Of a DNA stretch of 64,000 bases, positions 26,050 through 39,699 are shown in pieces. The notes under the pieces were generated by a model. That model saw only the letters and a list, made by a program, of their open reading frames with translations. It was not told where the DNA came from and did no database searches. The stretch's first letter is position 1. The number at the start of each line of letters is the position of its first letter. Source of the stretch: Macrostomum lignano (lineage: Eukaryota); assembly GCA_002269645.1 (NCBI GenBank), contig NIVC01001419.1, positions 62,001 through 126,000 on the forward strand. The letters are read 5' to 3'. The translations under genes were made by a program, and so were the position numbers.

Positions 26050-27062
26050 AATGGCTGATTTATTGTAAACTGTTTCAAAATTAGGCCGGCTATATACAAA
26101 TATTTTGCTTGTTTAAAATAAATAAAAAACTTATGGATTTATGTTAGCTATATATTTTATAAATAAATTTTGGTAACGTCGCCATAAGAAGGCTGTAATT
26201 TTAACTCTCATAATTTTTTATATTAAAAGTGATTAGAATTAATATCTCATTGCAAATAAACAAATTGTTTACATAATTTTTGCAGGAATCTTAAAAATAA
26301 TATGGCTTAATAATACTCTTTCAAGGAACAGCAGTTTAAATAAAAATTATTACAGAACCCTTAGCTTTCTTACCGATTCAAGTTTTTAACAGTCGCGCCG
26401 GAAAATCTAACACGAAAAATTAATGATTTAAAATAAATTACAGCACTTTGAAATCCTAGTTTGATTTTAAATGCAGTAAGTTATCTTTTTTATTAAAAAC
26501 TTCAATTTTAATAATTTTAATTAACTGCACTTTCAGAATCAGGCCAACACGCCTGCTTTATATACTCGCTAATTAAAAATAAAAAAACTGTTCGAATGCT
26601 GAAGTCAAAAAATACTTCTTTTTTATAAAATAAAATAAAAATACTACAAATCACTAAATTGTGCCTCTCTCACTCTATAAGCGGAAAATTTATAACATAA
26701 AATCTGTTTAAATGTGTCAAAAGTTTAAACGAAAAAATTACGGTTAAGATGTTCAACTTTTATCGGGGTCCGATTTCACCAGGTCGACCAACTCTTATCA
26801 TATGCGCTGTAAAATAGTGAGCAAAGCCCTGCGTTTAGATTAGAGAACAGACAAGTGTCCTGAGTTGTCTGTTCATACCAGCCTATAAAAACAGTTAAAT
26901 GAATGTCAGAGTTAAGCTGCATGCTTTGACTCATACACAGTCCAGTTGACAACATTCAGGTGCTTTGTATTTTCACTTTCAGAGCAAAGACTAGAATGAA
27001 GTTTAGAAATAAAAACTCTGAGTCTGGCATTGCGCTAAGTATTAAGCCCCTGTTAAAGCTCT

Positions 27063-27598
<536 letters not shown>

Positions 27599-28065
27599 AA
27601 CAGAATTATCAATAATCGTTTCTACTACAAATTGGCACAGTCTACACTTATGTTGTGAACATTCTCAGTAGTATAAATGAATTAAATCTATGAAAATTTA
27701 TGGAAATTCTCAATTCTCATTATTATTATATAAAACTGGCTGGCTTCAAATGCAAAGATGAATGGAGAGAATGAGTTAACCCCAATTACTCAAATTGGCA
27801 GCACTGGGCAGCTGAGAGCAAATCAAATGGTTGCAGCAGTTCTCAACGATATAGTTTGCCAGGTGCGATTCAGACTACTTATCTTTTCACAATATGAGTA
27901 GCTAGTGTAGAATGTAATTATTGCGCGAGTATTTGTTTCAGAATGCGTGATGGAGCATTGATGTGAATAGTATATTGTGTGGTTCCTGACTGTCTCCCTC
28001 TGATTCTACCCACTGCATTGAGATAGAAATGAAGCACTTTTGACCAGATACTCAGACCAATATCT

Positions 28066-29032
28066 GCATGCTCTCAGTCTCCAGCAGACAGCTCCATCCT
28101 GACAGAACCCTCTGCATGCTCTCAGTCTCCTGCAGTCAACTCCATCCTGACAGAACCCTCTGCATGCTCTCAGTCTCCTGCAGTCAACTCCATCATGACA
28201 GAACCCTCTGCATGCTCTCAGTCTCCTGCAGTCAACTCCATCCTGACAGAACCCTCTGCATGCTCTCAGTCTCCTGCAGTCAACTCCATCATGACAGAAC
28301 CCTCTGCATGCTCTCAGTCTCCTGCAGTCAACTCCATCCTGACAGAACCCTCTGCATGCTCTCAGTCTCCTGCAGTCAACTCCATCATGACAGAACCCTC
28401 TGCATGCTCTCAGTCTCCTGCAGTCAACTCCATCCTGACAGAACCCTCTGCATGCTCTCAGTCTCCTGCAGTCAACTCCATCCTGACAGAACCCTCTGCA
28501 TGCTCTCAGTCTCCTGCAGTCAGCTCCATCATGACAGAACCCTCTGCATGCTCTCAGTCTCCTGCAGTCAGCTCCATCATGACAGAACCCTCTGCATGCT
28601 CTCAGTCTCCTGCAGTCAACTCCATACTGACAGAACCCTCTGCATGCTCTCAGTCTCCTGCAGTCAACTCCATCCTGACAGAACCCTCTGCATGCTCTCA
28701 GTCTCCTGCAGTCAGCTCCATCATGACAGAACCCTCTGCATGCTCTCAGTCTCCTGCAGTCAACTCCATCCTGACAGAACCCTCTGCATGCTCTCAGTCT
28801 CCTGCAGTCAACTCCATCCTGACAGAACCCTCTGCATGCTCTCAGTCTCCTGCAGTCAACTCCATCCTGACAGAACCCTCTGCATGCTCTCAGTCTCCTG
28901 CAGTCAACTCCATCCTGACAGAACCCTCTGCATGCTCTCAGTCTCCTGCAGTCAACTCCATCCTGACAGAACCCTCTGCATGCTCTCAGTCTCCTGCAGT
29001 CAACTCCATCCTGACAGAACCCTCTGCATGCT
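28066..29032. repeat. 48-bp minisatellite, about 20 copies
   Basis: The unit is TGCATGCTCTCAGTCTCCTGCAGTCAACTCCATCCTGACAGAACCCTC. It abuts the 15-bp array directly. Confidence 0.96.
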
Positions 29033-29035
29033 CCA

Positions 29036-30200
29036 AAGGGCTTTAGCACCAGTGGCTTTAGCACCAGGGGCTTTAGCACCAGGGGCTTTAGCACCAGGGG
29101 CTTTAGCACCAGGGGCTTTAGCACCAGGGGCTTTAGCACCAAAGGGCTTTAGCACCAGTGGCTTTAGCACCAGTGGCTTTAGCACCAGTGGCTTTAGCAC
29201 CAGTGGCTTTAGCACCAAAGGGCTTTAATGTAGCACCAGGGGCTTTAGCACCAAAGGGCTTTAGCACCAGTGGCTTTAGCACCAGTGGCTTTAGCACCAG
29301 TGGCTTTAGCACCAGTGGCTTTAGCACCAGTGGCTTTAGCACCAGTGGCTTTAGCACCAAAGGGCTTTAATGTAGCACCAGTGGCTTTAGCACCAAAGGG
29401 CTTTAGCACCAGGGCTTTAGCACCAGTGGCTTTAGAACCAAAGGGCTTTAGCACCAGGGGCTTTAGCACCAGGGCTTTAGCACCAGGGGCTTTAGCACCA
29501 GGGCTTTAGCACCAGGGGCTTTAGCACCAAAGGGCTTTAGCACCAGTGGCTTTAGAACCAAAGGGCTTTAGCACCAGGGCTTTAGCACCAGGGGCTTTAG
29601 CACCAGGGCTTTAGCACCAGGGGCTTTAGCACCAAAGGGCTTTAGCACCAGGGCTTTAGCACCAGGGGCTTTAGCACCAGGGCTTTAGCACCAGGGGCTT
29701 TAGCACCAGGGGCTTTAGCACCAGTGGCTTTAGCACCAAAGGGCTTTAGCACCAGTGGCTTTCGCACCAGGGGTGCCAGCACCAGGGGTGCCAGCACCAG
29801 GGGTGCCAGCACCAGGGGTGCCAGCACCAGGGGTGCCAGCACCAGGGGTGCCAGCACCAGGGGTGCCAGCACCAGGGGTGCCAGCACCAGGGGTGCCAGC
29901 ACCAGGGTGCCAGCACCAGGGGCTTTAGCACCAGGGGCTTTAGCACCAGGGGCTTTAGCACCAGGGGCTTTAGCACCAGGGGCTTTAGCACCAGGGGCTT
30001 TAGCACCAGGGGCTTTAGCACCAGGGGCGCCAGCACCAGGGGCTTTAGCACCAGGGGCTTTAGCACCAGGGGCTTTAGCACCAGGGGCTTTAGCACCAGG
30101 GGCTTTAGCACCAGGGGCTTTAGCACCAGGGGCTTTAGCACCAGGGGCTTTAGCACCAGGGGCGCCAGCACCAGGGGCTTTAGCACCAGGGGCTTCAGCC
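29036..30200. repeat. 15-bp AGCACCAGGGGCTTT family minisatellite, second locus, more variant-rich
   Basis: This is the same family as 13809-14996, with variant blocks (AGTGGCTTT, AAAGGGCTTT, GGGGTGCC). Confidence 0.96.
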
Positions 30201-31372
30201 AGAACACTGCATTTACAACCAGACATGGCTTTACTGCATGCTCGGACGTGCAAGCTTCATCATTAGTACAAATTGTAGACGTACAAATACAATGTGGCTG
30301 AGTGATGCAGCTACCAAATATTTTAGAGATAACAAACACGGATTCTGGGTCTGAAACCTTTCCAGAAAACAAATTATTAATCTCCAGGCGACTGCAATGA
30401 GCGGCTCGCACCAGCTGCAGCCTCATCAATCAATTGGAATTCCACTGTGCCGGGAGAAAGACAACTGCATACAAAGGGAAATCTATAGTGGACCAATTAG
30501 CAAAAGGTCAGAATATATACCTATAGGAGCTAGACAAAAATCGGATTACGAGCAATCGTATTCTCCTCCAGACGAAATTGATAGTATTTGCGCAGGTGAA
30601 ACTACTTTTGGCTATAGATATTTGCTTGTTACACTCCTTGAATCTCTTTGATGTCTAGTAGTTTTTTATGAGAATTTACGGTTTAAAAATGTTTGGGGGC
30701 AAAGAAGGGACAGAACAGCTCAATAAATAATAGCTACGAACTTCGAATAGGTTACGTACAGTTTCTGGAAGTACTGGAAGTAAAAATTAACCAGCTACAT
30801 GACTCTAAAGTAAATCAATAAATCAAAAATGAGAAAACTGAGAATGATGGCCCGATGAAAACGGTGCCTATGATGAGTTTCGTCGTCGTCCATTTCGCAA
30901 AACTCTGAGCATGCATACGGCTTGTACACCCACTGGGTCCGCCTTGGGGAGTTTGGGGTTTGGGGAAGTCGACCAAAGGGAACTTTGACGACCCCAACGT
31001 TTTCCGCCCCCAAGAAAACGTTAAATCTCCACTTTTGTAACACTCTGACTTAGGCTTAATTAACTCTCTCAACGTTTCCCAAAGCTTCAAATTTCTAGGT
31101 AACCCTCTGAACTGAGTCAACTTACCTTTTAACAGCTGTAAATCAGATCGAGATACTTGCTGATGAACTCGAGAAACAGTCAGAGAAGCGCTTCTGATTT
31201 ACTTTTGCCAGGTAGGCCTATAGCGCTTAGGGAGTTAGACCAACCAATAGAAAATTACTTAGTATTCGAACTGCAGAAAAACATCTTTCCAAAAATAGGA
31301 TCAGCCTTTGGTTGAGCCAATCCGTCTGATCCCCATGTCTAGAAGATGGGGTAGGTGACACAGAATATTGGA

Positions 31373-31527
31373 AAAGTGCCATTCAGCCTACTTAGTTTTT
31401 CTTCACAAGTGTATTAATACACAGAATGTCGAATCTCGCATTTTGAGAAAATTTCTTGCACAAGAATGATATTCTATACTGGCTACTCTTGTTGTGAAGA
31501 AAAACTAAGTAGGCTGAATGGCACTTT
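31373..31527. repeat. 155-bp inverted repeat with perfect 36-bp arms
   Basis: AAAGTGCCATTCAGCCTACTTAGTTTTTCTTCACAA (31373-31408) has its exact reverse complement at 31492-31527, with an 83-bp spacer. Confidence 0.92.
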
Positions 31528-31850
31528 ACAAAGTCTTTGCCATTTATTGCGGGTTTGTCCCACAGAATATAGGAAGGCTTGATAGAACCAACCCACCCGC
31601 CCTTCTAAACTGTGCTATTTTTAGAAACTACCTTAAGGCTGGCCCTGCCTTCTGCTGCCAAAGACAGCATGCCTTGGGCGTTCTAGCACGAGCTCGTGGC
31701 GTGAAAGCATGCAGGTCAAATGCATTAATGATCGCGCTAACCTGTCTTTGCTGTATTGCATTCTCTATGGCCCAAGCTGGTGCTGCTGAGGCTAGGTTTG
31801 GCATATCTGCTAGAGTTTGAATACGCAGTTTATGGTGATACTGTTTTTGC

Positions 31851-32545
31851 ATGACTGCGTCTGCTTCGAGGCTTCAGTGCTCTGCGTACGGATGCCCCAA
31901 CTACGCCGGCAAGTGTCCGCCGGGGCACTGGATTTCACCGGTTTCCAGCAGCCAGAGAGCATCCAAGGCTGCAGTGAGCCAAGAAGCTCCAGAACCAGTC
32001 CACCTGCAGGGCAACACTTGTGACTCAGATCTCACGGAAGCAGGTGATGAGCTCTTTGCTACATCGGATGACTTAGATCACGAGAAGTGCGCATATGTTG
32101 GCGGTTGGTTGCTGTTCCGCTTCTTTAAAACCGAGTGCAAGTGTAAGGTGTGCCAGCAGGAACTGAAGGGAGCAATTCGGACACACGTCCTGCGACTGAA
32201 GTGCAAGCGGGATGACAGCTTAGTCACCCCAAGCAGAGCAGTTATCAGAGCTGTCACTGAGATGGAACGCCAATTCAAATTGCTGGAAGTGACAGAGTTC
32301 ATGCATGCTGGTGTGTCACACAGAATCAGCAAATTATTGGCCAATTGCATCAGGCCCCATATATTGCGACTCATTGCGCTGAGCACTCAGAGAGATGCGT
32401 GATGAGCATTGCGAGGCTGTTCTCGAAGCTGCGCTTGCACCATTGGTGCAATGGGCGCAGGATTGCGGCTCGGGAGAGAAAGCGCGGGCGAGCATTTTGC
32501 AATGAGCAATCGAAGAAGTTCAAGAGGATGAGTGCGATTGCATGA
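31851..32545 (+). pseudogene. internally deleted, decayed P-element/THAP9-type transposase
   Basis: The THAP start CSAYGCPN is followed, after a 1-nt shift, by GFHRFP...RLQ*AKKL (the expected W is TGA). It is joined directly to a P-transposase C-terminal-like segment: CAYVGGWL..CKCKVC..SLVTPSRAV..EMERQF and LFSKLRLHHWC. Confidence 0.7.
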
Positions 32546-33583
32546 GATTTGCAATTTCTGTTGCGTCTGGCATTTCCTGCCTGGCGTGCAGCGCTAAAAC
32601 TAAACCTGTTGTTATATGTTTGTTACTTTTGTCTTTTAGCTTACATATACATGGCAATGAGGTTATAACAGTTGTTACTACTGCTCATGACTTTGCCCAC
32701 GCACCGTTATGTACAAATTAATTACAAGGATAGGGCAGCATTCATCTGCAGCGTCAAAACGACGACTCAAAGCTTTCAAAGGCTGTCTTGAGCTCGACTT
32801 TTACATTCAACTTTGCGTTAAAAAAATCGCAACTACTTATCAGCTTCACAACGTTAGTAGTGCAATCGTATTTATTTTCGCTTTCATCGAGAACTGCCGA
32901 TTCGCCATTCTGTGTATATTCTGTGAGGTAAGCATTGCATTAAATTAATGATTCAATACATTCCCTATTCTATTTTAAGATTTAAGAGTAAGGCAGCAGA
33001 GCCAACCCAAGTAAAATGCACTTCACCGTGAATAGAAATTAAAATATATATCACAGTGTATTCGCCAAGCGAAATTCAAATAACTGATCAGCTGAACTTA
33101 GCTGGCATCGCCTCTGGTATTTTGGACCGTTCGGCGACATCTGCCCATTCCACTGACTCCTTGAGCACACACAAGCGCGACAATGATGTACGCATGCACG
33201 CACTCCTACACACGCTCACACAATGTGCACAATGGCCCTGACTTTCCAATCGTCTGACATGTACACTACTCCGCTCCCAGCCATTATGATAGGCAGCAGT
33301 TACTGCTCAGTGTTGTAGCAATATTACGCAGTTACACACAGTTAAGTTTGCACTAGCCTTCAAATTTTGTAGACCAGCAAATTCAAAATTCTTTTCAATT
33401 CTTTTGAAAAGCCTGAGTTTAGACCATAGACTACGTCAGGCCCAACCCAGACTGTATCGAGAAACTTCTCTTAATCTTTTAGACTTCTTGAGCATTAGCT
33501 TAAACTTTTAGTGGCTTATTAATCAGACTCGTGCGACCCGAAAGCAGTCTGAGCTAAACGAAAAACTAATAAGATCCAAAAAT

Positions 33584-34528
33584 ATGACGTCCACATCGGA
33601 ACGAACAATTGCTGCTGTTCCTATCGACAGGTCGGCGACACCCACCAGCAGTCACGTCCCAGCGTCCGTGACACCGAAGCAGAACCAGGAGTCCGACGTG
33701 CATAGCATACTCTACGAGCCGTGCATTCGACCGTCCGGTATCCGTGGCAGCAGATGGTCGTTAGCTTCCGCCAGTCCCAGTAGAGACGAGTCGGAGCCTC
33801 TAAGGCAGCGTAAGTACATTTAGCTACTATTGTGTTGACAATGGGTTCAAGCGTAAGGAAGCCGATGCAAAAAAAGAAAAGCAATTCTATTTCGTTTCTA
33901 ATTCCATATAGGCACCGTCGACAAGTCGGTCCAGACCTGCACCGATCAACACGAATTTAATGCCCAAGTGGCCAACCCAATCGGCATGGACGTCAGCGAC
34001 CAGAGCAACGAGGAGGTGCACACTGATGCAGGCGAGGGTAGCGAGCAGCTGTGCAGCAGCGGGGAGGTGAGGATGTCTGCCACCGGAGGCGAAGGTGGTG
34101 GTGGTGGCGGCGGCGGCGGCGGCAGCGGGGTGAATCGCTCGCACAGTCAGGACAGCTTGAACACCTGGCCGCCCAGATCGCCAGCCAATCGACATTTGAA
34201 CTGCCGGGCCGCAGTGCAAAAACGGAAGAGAATGAGAAGCGACTCAAGGCACGAGGAGCCAACTCCTGCTGCTGCACCGTCAGGCGGCGCATTGGCAACG
34301 ATGCCTCCGGTGAACTGGACAGTGAGGCGGCTGGCCCCGAATCCACCTCGCAGCCAACGGCAGACCGTACTGCGAATACGAGCCTCGAATTTAATACTCT
34401 ATATCGTGATCGCCTGGCTCGTGTACGCGCTGTTCCAGGAGTCCTACATGTACCCGGCTTTCAATCGCTGCCCGGAAGTGATGAACAATGGACGCGGGTT
34501 TTCCACCCTTTCCCATCATCTGTATTGA
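33584..34528 (+). CDS. single-pass membrane protein with long low-complexity N-terminus, join(33584..33809,33912..34528), about 280 aa
   Basis: The donor C/GTAAGT (33810, phase 1) and acceptor ...TTCCATATAG (33911) join the two track ORFs in frame. The protein has a poly-Gly tract, KRKR, a TM segment LILYIVIAWLVYALF and a 30-aa C-tail. Confidence 0.7.
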
Positions 34529-35738
34529 TCCACGTTGAACTATGCTGAAGCTACGAGACATTGGCTACTTGAACAAATTTTCTGTTGAATATTCACTGTA
34601 TAGAGTCAAAGAAAGATTTAATTTTCGATGCAAAAATAAATTGTGCTCGTTAAAACGGGCACCCGTCTGTTTTGAACTGAAATCGCCAACACACAAAGGT
34701 GTTTTAATGTGCGTTAAAACAATATTTTTTTCGCTTGGAAAGACAGGTGTCAGATTCAAAAGTAAATCGTGACTTCGTGCAGTGCCTCCCACGATATGCG
34801 ATTCTTATTATTTGGCCCCATGCATCGAAATGACAGCGCCAATTCTCTCTAGCTGTCTCGTATAGCTAGCATTGCACTTTGCGCGATGCAACTCCTCCCT
34901 CGCAGGTTTGTCAGAAGGAATGGCGAGATAGGGCTGGCTGTATAGAAAACGGCTACTTATTATTCACAGAAGAAGCGATTTGACTATCTGGAATGCTTCC
35001 GTGTGTCTCATTGTAGGATTTGGTTCGGGCTATGACTTCAGAGGAGCTTCAAGTAGGAAAAACTCTCCTTACCTTTGCATTGAGTGATATGGCGATGTGA
35101 CTTCCCGGCCCGACGCCCCTCTCCTCACTGCAACAGCTGCGAAATGGGCCTTGAGGCAATCGATTTCCTCTGAGACACGGCGCAGTCATTTCTGTCCGGC
35201 CGGCGCTGGGTTAAGGATCGCCTCGAAGGAGAAAAATTCTCAACGTTCCTCATTTTTTGAATTTCGACAAGCCAAAGAAGCCGAGGCTTTGCTGCTATTG
35301 CTGCAATATTCGAGGTCGACCGTCTGCAGGCGAAAACTTTATCAGGATTCTAATCGGAAACTTCATAACCCCGCTACAAAAGATAAAAGTTGACAATGAA
35401 CAGGTGGGCGTTGATACTCTTTGCCGCACTAATCTGCGTCAGTAGCGTCTGCATCGGCAGTGTCAATGGAGGTATGTCACAGGCTTAAATCTCTATGCTT
35501 TGTCAATTCGCTGAACTAAAAATGAGTTGTCTCTAGTTTCTAACTAAACATGCATCTATTGTTTTGCATGCCAATTAAATCACTGATTAGATGATGACGA
35601 AATTTTTTGTTTATTTTGTGCATCTCGTAGGTCTTTTGCGGAAGCTTCGGGGCTCTTACTTAGGTGTCGAAAGCTGTCAAATTTGCAGGCAAACAGAGCA
35701 ACTTGTTTAATCCGATTAATTTTCAATGAATTTCGCAG

Positions 35739-36769
35739 CTGCCGCAACAACCTCTACTACGGCTGCCACCACGGCAAAAGTAAGCACAGCGAAGGGCACT
35801 GTGGCTGCCACAACTACGGCTAAAGTAGCTACCACAGCGGCTGCTACTACAACTGCTAAAGCAGCAACCACAGGTGCCGCAGCAAACGCGACTAAGACAA
35901 CTCCCACTAAACCAGCTGTCACCACTGGCAAGCCCCATGCCAACAGTACGTCAACAGCGAAGGTGACCACCACACCAAAGACCACGCCGACTACGACCGA
36001 GTTCAAACCGTTCCCAGAGATCCAATGCTACATGCCATTCTGGCGGGCCGGGGTGTGGCACCACACCTGCATCAAGTACAATGACTTTGGCGACTTCTGG
36101 TGCTCGCTAACTGCCAACTTCACCAAAGATGAGAACTGGAAGAGGTGCCGATGTGAGTTGTGCCCAATAATTAGAAAAGACCCACTTCTAGGTATGAATC
36201 AGTTTCAACAGCACACCCATTAATGGTTTCCAGCGCCTGACCTGAAGCGCTTCCAGTGCCACATCCCGTTTGAGTTCGAGGGAAAGAACCACACCAGCTG
36301 CCTGCCGATTAAAGAGAACTCCAAGCACGGCCGCGGGGCTCACCACAGCTTCTGGTGCGCCACCGTGCCTAAGATTGACAAGTTCTCGCCCCACGGCACC
36401 GACTGGGCCTACTGCGAGCACCGGAACGCCACAGGCGTGGCCTACCTCAAGAAGGTCGGCCCGCATAAGAACATCGCGGCCGCCAAGAAAAACGCTACAG
36501 TCAGCGCCAAGAGCGACAAAAATGCCACGGAGTCCGCCGCTGCCGCTGCCGCAGCCGGCGCTCCTGGCAAAGCTCTGAACGGAGCGGCAGGCGGCCAGGG
36601 CGCTTCCGGAGCCTCGGGCGCCGGGTTGAGCGCCTCAGCCACGATCGGCATTGCTGTGGGCGTCGTCTGCTCGGTGCTCGCTGTGGTGGCCGTGGTGGCC
36701 GGAGTTGCTATCCGCAAGCGGTTTGTGCCCTACACCCAGTTGTATAAGCTATCAATCATTTTAAAGTGA
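35739..36769 (+). CDS. type I membrane protein: Thr/Ala-rich stalk, two fibronectin type II domains, TM; exons 35739-36152 and 36234-36769; 5' exon(s) not resolved
   Basis: FN2 #1 reads CYMPFWRAGVWHHTC...FWCSLTANFTKDENWKRC and FN2 #2 reads CHIPFEFEGKNHTSC...FWCATV...DWAYC. A phase-1 intron runs from T/GTGAGT (36153) to TTTCCAG (36233). The TM is IGIAVGVVCSVLAVVAVVAGVAI, followed by RKR. Confidence 0.85.
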
Positions 36770-36944
36770 CTGTCAGGTTGTTTATACTCATCTATGAGGG
36801 TTTCCACGAGGCGATTCAGTTAGGAATCATTTCAGAAAAGAAGCGGCAGCTTAGCCAACGACCAAATATATCTTTTTTAGTGCGTCTCCTAGCCAATTGC
36901 AGTTACGCTATATTTTCATTAATTTGAGGCTAATTACACATGCA

Positions 36945-37390
36945 TGTAATTACACCTAATAATATCTAACTTGCACCTAGTTATACCTAATTATAGCCTA
37001 ATTAAACATAATTGCACCTAATTACAGTCTAATTACACATAACTACACCTAATTGTACCTAATTTGCACCTAGTTATAGCTAATTATAGCCTAATTAAAC
37101 ATAATTACACCTAATTGTACCTAATTTGCACCTAGTTATACCTAATGACAGCCTAATTAAACATAATTGCACCTACTTCTAAATGCAGTCTAATTACACA
37201 TAACTACACCTAATTATACCTATTTTGCACATAGTTATACCTAATTATAGCAGAATAACACTTAATTACACAAACGCTCGCATTTCCACCTAATTACAGC
37301 CTAATTACACATAATACCACACATAATTACACCTAATTATAGCCTAATAACACATAATCACACACACTCTCGTGATTACATCTAATTAGG
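36945..37390. repeat. degenerate AT-rich repeat built from CCTAATT(A/G)(C/T)A motifs
   Basis: Recurrent TAATTACACCTAATT-like units. Confidence 0.75.
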
Positions 37391-39699
37391 TCGTGGAAAC
37401 TAGCTATCTGCGAATAAAATCTAGTTTTAGAACGTAAATTCAATATATCTAAACAGTCCATGGCAATATTTAATAGTCTTTTTACTTTCACCAAAATCTA
37501 AACGATGATTTGATAGCAAAATAATAGTCAAGCTGTTTCAAATCACCAAATTTGCAGTCGGCGCAACGGCCAGCACAAGGCGCTGCTGCAGACCCGCGAG
37601 AAGGGGACCTACGGTGGGATGGAGGCGAGCAATTAACCGCCTGGCAACGGTCGACCTGGATACTGAAGCGTTGAGGCTGCACGAAGGTTCAAGGATTGAC
37701 GAGTTGACAGCTGATGGCTACATGAGTTTGACACGCAACTGCGCCTATTCAGTGTTCCAGCAGTCCACCATTGCTGACTTTATTTGAAACTGTATGGGCA
37801 CGTAATTAGGGTTGTGATGAACGGTTCAAATTTTCAATCCAATAAATTAACTAAACTTATTTTTAGTGGTGCAATAACCCAGTGTGCATCGTATCGGCAT
37901 TCATTATTCTCGCTTTTTGGTGATTGGGTGTCCCGAAAAAATGTCATGCACTGCGTGTACTACTCACTGCACGCATGCTTGAGTAGCTGTAGGAAAACAT
38001 TTTTGTGTTTGAATAAAAATTATTGACTTCATCTGGCTATTCGGAAATTTAATATCTATTTAAAGACGCTTCCTTCAAAAGTAAAGTTGAAGCCAAAATG
38101 AAAATGAATAAATTTGATGTCAATAAACTGGTTATTTTGTCAAGTTTGTTTGGGTTGTACGCTTAACGGTGTATTTAGATATTGTTTTTTGTACTGTCCT
38201 TTTCCAGGAAAATTTAGTGGCCAAATTTTGCTCAAAAATTTTATGGTGGTTCATGGCAAGCTGGCCAGCGCATTGTCGTCTGCAGTGGAACCTCCACTAT
38301 GGTAGTGCCTATAGAGCGTACATATTCATCGCATTTAATGAGCTGCAAGTCAGTCTGCGTCGAAGCAATGGGTCTGACACGCTGCCAACCTCAACCGCCT
38401 GCATGATTTCCATCAGTTTTCAGGACCCACAGCTGTATCTCAGAATCGTCACTTTTGACAGTGTTCCGAACGAGTTTTACTACAACTACACTTTGAATGG
38501 CACAGGCAGCATCAGAGCGGGAGATCACTACAAGCAGGACGAGATTTTTAACACGTGATTGTAAAGATTGTTGCTCTAGCTTCGCGCACTCGTGCTTTTG
38601 CTATGACGCACTCGTTAGCGTTCATGAATACCATTCTTAATTGATTCTATCAATTAATGATAGACCATTAAGTTCAACCATAGACAAAATCAATCCAGCA
38701 CTTTATTTTTGTTGTCTTTTTATTGCCGGCTGATTCTCCGCGCAGGAATCGCATTCTTGTACACGGGATGTCTATGGTAAAATCTCACTGAAAAAGCATT
38801 AGACGAAGAAATGAATTCCTGCACGGTTTTGGGCATTGCTGCATGATGACTCATCCAACAATGGGATTCCTTCACGTTCACTTGTGGGTGAAGAACATCG
38901 TGCACTCCTGCACTAGCGCGCACTCGTGCAGATGTCATTCCCGTGCAGGAATCATTCAATTTCTGAAAATAATTTCAATCCTGCACCTATGATGCATTAG
39001 ACCGAAGGAGATTTTGCCATTGACAAAATCAATTCTGCACGCTTGAGCGTGGAAGATTAGCAATTCTGCACGCATAATCAAATAAGAATGCTCTGCAGCC
39101 ATAAACTACACTGCGAGTTGCAAGTGATATGCATTCCATGCAGAAGCAGCTTTCGATTCTACAGTACCAACTGAATCAGCCGAAGAAATTCACTGTCGAA
39201 AGTTTTCATTGCAAACAAGAATTTTTCATGAGCATTATGCAAATGTGACACTGATTAGTTAATAATTAGTCAAGAGCGGAAGTAAGCAGGCCATGTCCCA
39301 AGTATTTCAACCGAACTCCACTGCTGTGTGCAGCGGCTGCAGCCACATTCCAGCCCATCGGCAGGGGTTCCGAGCACCACACTGAGTGCGCCAAGGCACT
39401 TGCTTCGAAACTAGAGAAATTCGCATCAGGGTGCTCATAGTGTAATGTAAAATTCAGCGAAGCTTAGGCGCATTGAGCTGGGTTGTTAAGTTCTGCAGTA
39501 ATGAATCGAATGCATTGGAAAGTTTGCAACCAAATTTTTAGGTACGACCCGAGAGGTTTTACAGAAATTCGAAACCAATCAATAGCCGGTGCAAATCACT
39601 CGTATTTGCCTCAGCCACTCAGTCTGATGTTGCTCCACGGCGCCCCTGTGAAACCAGAGTCGTCAGCCCGATTCGCCGGTGCTCCGCTCCAGTCCCGCC

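Noticed and set aside
30815-31120. Second THAP-like remnant (FGRLP...RRTQW...ACSEF)
   Set aside because: The spacing is far too short for THAP and the His of CxxHF is missing. The evidence is too weak.
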